Below, piece after piece: positions 63,093 through 64,000 of a stretch of 64,000 bases of DNA. Made by a program: the position numbers and the translations under genes. The notes beneath the pieces were generated by a model. It was given only the letters and a program-made list of their open reading frames with translations, was not told where the DNA came from and ran no database searches. Positions within the stretch are counted from its first letter, which is position 1. Every line of letters begins with the position of its first letter. Source of the DNA: a candidate division CPR3 bacterium 4484_211 (GTDB lineage: Bacteria; Patescibacteriota; 4484-211); NCBI GenBank assembly GCA_002084955.1, contig MZGJ01000004.1:3155-67154 (forward strand). Reading direction: 5' to 3'.

Positions 63093-63229
63093 GGTAGTAA
63101 AATTTAAGATGCGGTAAACTTTGCTTTGTTATGACCGGGAATTGTTTCATTAAAGATTTACTGTAAATTGAGAATCATTTCTACAATATTGCATTATAAC
63201 TTAGGATGTTCTCCCTTTTTGTTGGACAC

Positions 63230-63781
63230 TTATGACTCGTTCTCAACTTGCTTGATTGACCTTTCGCTTTGTGTTTCATGTTTTATGCTTACTGCTGCTG
63301 TATAGGCTACGGCTAGCGCATCGGCCGCATCATCAGGTTTGGGTATTTCTTTAAGGTTTAGAAGGCGCTTGATCATTTTCTGGACCTGGATTTTTGCTGC
63401 CTGTCCGTAACCGCAAACGGCCAGTTTAATTTGAAGAGGGGTAAATTCGCAAATTTCTATCTTGCTGGCCTGTCCAGCCAAGAGAACTACTCCCCTTGCC
63501 TGTCCGACGACAATTGCCGTCTTAACATTCTTGCCAAAAAAAATTTTCTCAATGGCAACTAAATTTGGTTTGTATTGGACGATTAGTTGATTTGTTCTTT
63601 CATAAATTTTCTCCAATCTCTCGCCGAGCTTTTTTTCGGCCGAAGTTTTTATGATGCCGAAATTGCAGCTTCTGATTTTTGATTCCTGACTTTTAACGAT
63701 TCCCCAGCCGGTGGTGGCCAAGCCGGGGTCAATCCCGAGGATGGTGATGGATTTTTTTGGGGGCTTTTGATATTTTGGCAT
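63230..63781 (-). CDS. ruvC: Crossover junction endodeoxyribonuclease RuvC
   Basis: ILGIDPGLATTGWGIV (RNase H-fold start with catalytic Asp), ...ADALAVA. Confidence 0.85.
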   Translation of the reverse strand: MPKYQKPPKKSITILGIDPGLATTGWGIVKSQESKIRSCNFGIIKTSAEKKLGERLEKIYERTNQLIVQYKPNLVAIEKIFFGKNVKTAIVVGQARGVVLLAGQASKIEICEFTPLQIKLAVCGYGQAAKIQVQKMIKRLLNLKEIPKPDDAADALAVAYTAAVSIKHETQSERSIKQVENES

Positions 63782-64000
63782 TTGGGGGGGTGACTACTTT
63801 ACCGTGAGCCCAATACGCAAAAGTTATAGATTTTAGTTTTAAGTTATGGTTTCGAGTTTGGAACTCTGCGCTTTGACTTTTTACCATTCTATCTCTCTTT
63901 TCTTTTCTTGACAAGTTGTGCCATAATGGGGTTCAATAGGGTGCGGGGGCACGTCTAGGGGGCGCGTGGGAAGGCATCTCTCTTAAGAAGGGATGACATC

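Overview
This 64 kb window is a compact, mostly low-GC bacterial segment, roughly 35-48% GC by hand-counted samples. It has tight gene spacing, many overlapping stops and starts, and several domain-reduced housekeeping proteins. That resembles a reduced genome such as Candidate Phyla Radiation/Patescibacteria; this is an inference and no search was run. The core is ordinary housekeeping. Translation genes include a thrS-infC-rpmI-rplT-pheS-pheT operon, tyrS, rpsP, rpmF, tig, trmD and cca. DNA repair genes are recG, uvrB and ruvCAB. Central metabolism genes are ppsA, eno, gpmI, acs and a phosphohexomutase. Cell-wall and secretion genes are PBP1A and secG. There are four tRNAs: Val-GAC, Gly-GCC, Val-UAC and Lys-CUU. 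Five things stand out. (1) A REP-associated tyrosine transposase (RAYT, IS200/HuH-like) gene is flanked by inverted copies of a 23-25 bp palindromic repeat (consensus RRGCCTCATGAAGTACCSGGTACTG). At least four more copies are dispersed through the window, including one in frame inside the ppsA coding sequence. Others overlap start codons or sit next to tRNAs. (2) A 1506-aa surface protein lies directly upstream of pilM-pilN-pilO on the same strand. It has CBM-like modules, a beta-helix, Pro/Thr linkers and N- and C-terminal membrane anchors. It is the third member of a tandem paralogous family of surface proteins. (3) A single roughly 60% GC ATP-grasp ligase gene sits among roughly 32-40% GC neighbours: an AstE/AspA-type deacylase, a HAD-IIB phosphatase and a GT-A glycosyltransferase. 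This looks like a horizontally acquired gene. (4) Two further families of intergenic repeats are present: a 13-bp-arm hairpin AGGGTGACACCCT at two loci, and an AT-rich element of about 50 bp carrying TTTGTCATTTGG/TTGACA at four to five loci. Twin 24-bp perfect palindromes lie between uvrB and cca. (5) Candidate structured leaders lie upstream of the giant surface-protein gene and of thrS. No CRISPR array, rRNA or prophage was seen.
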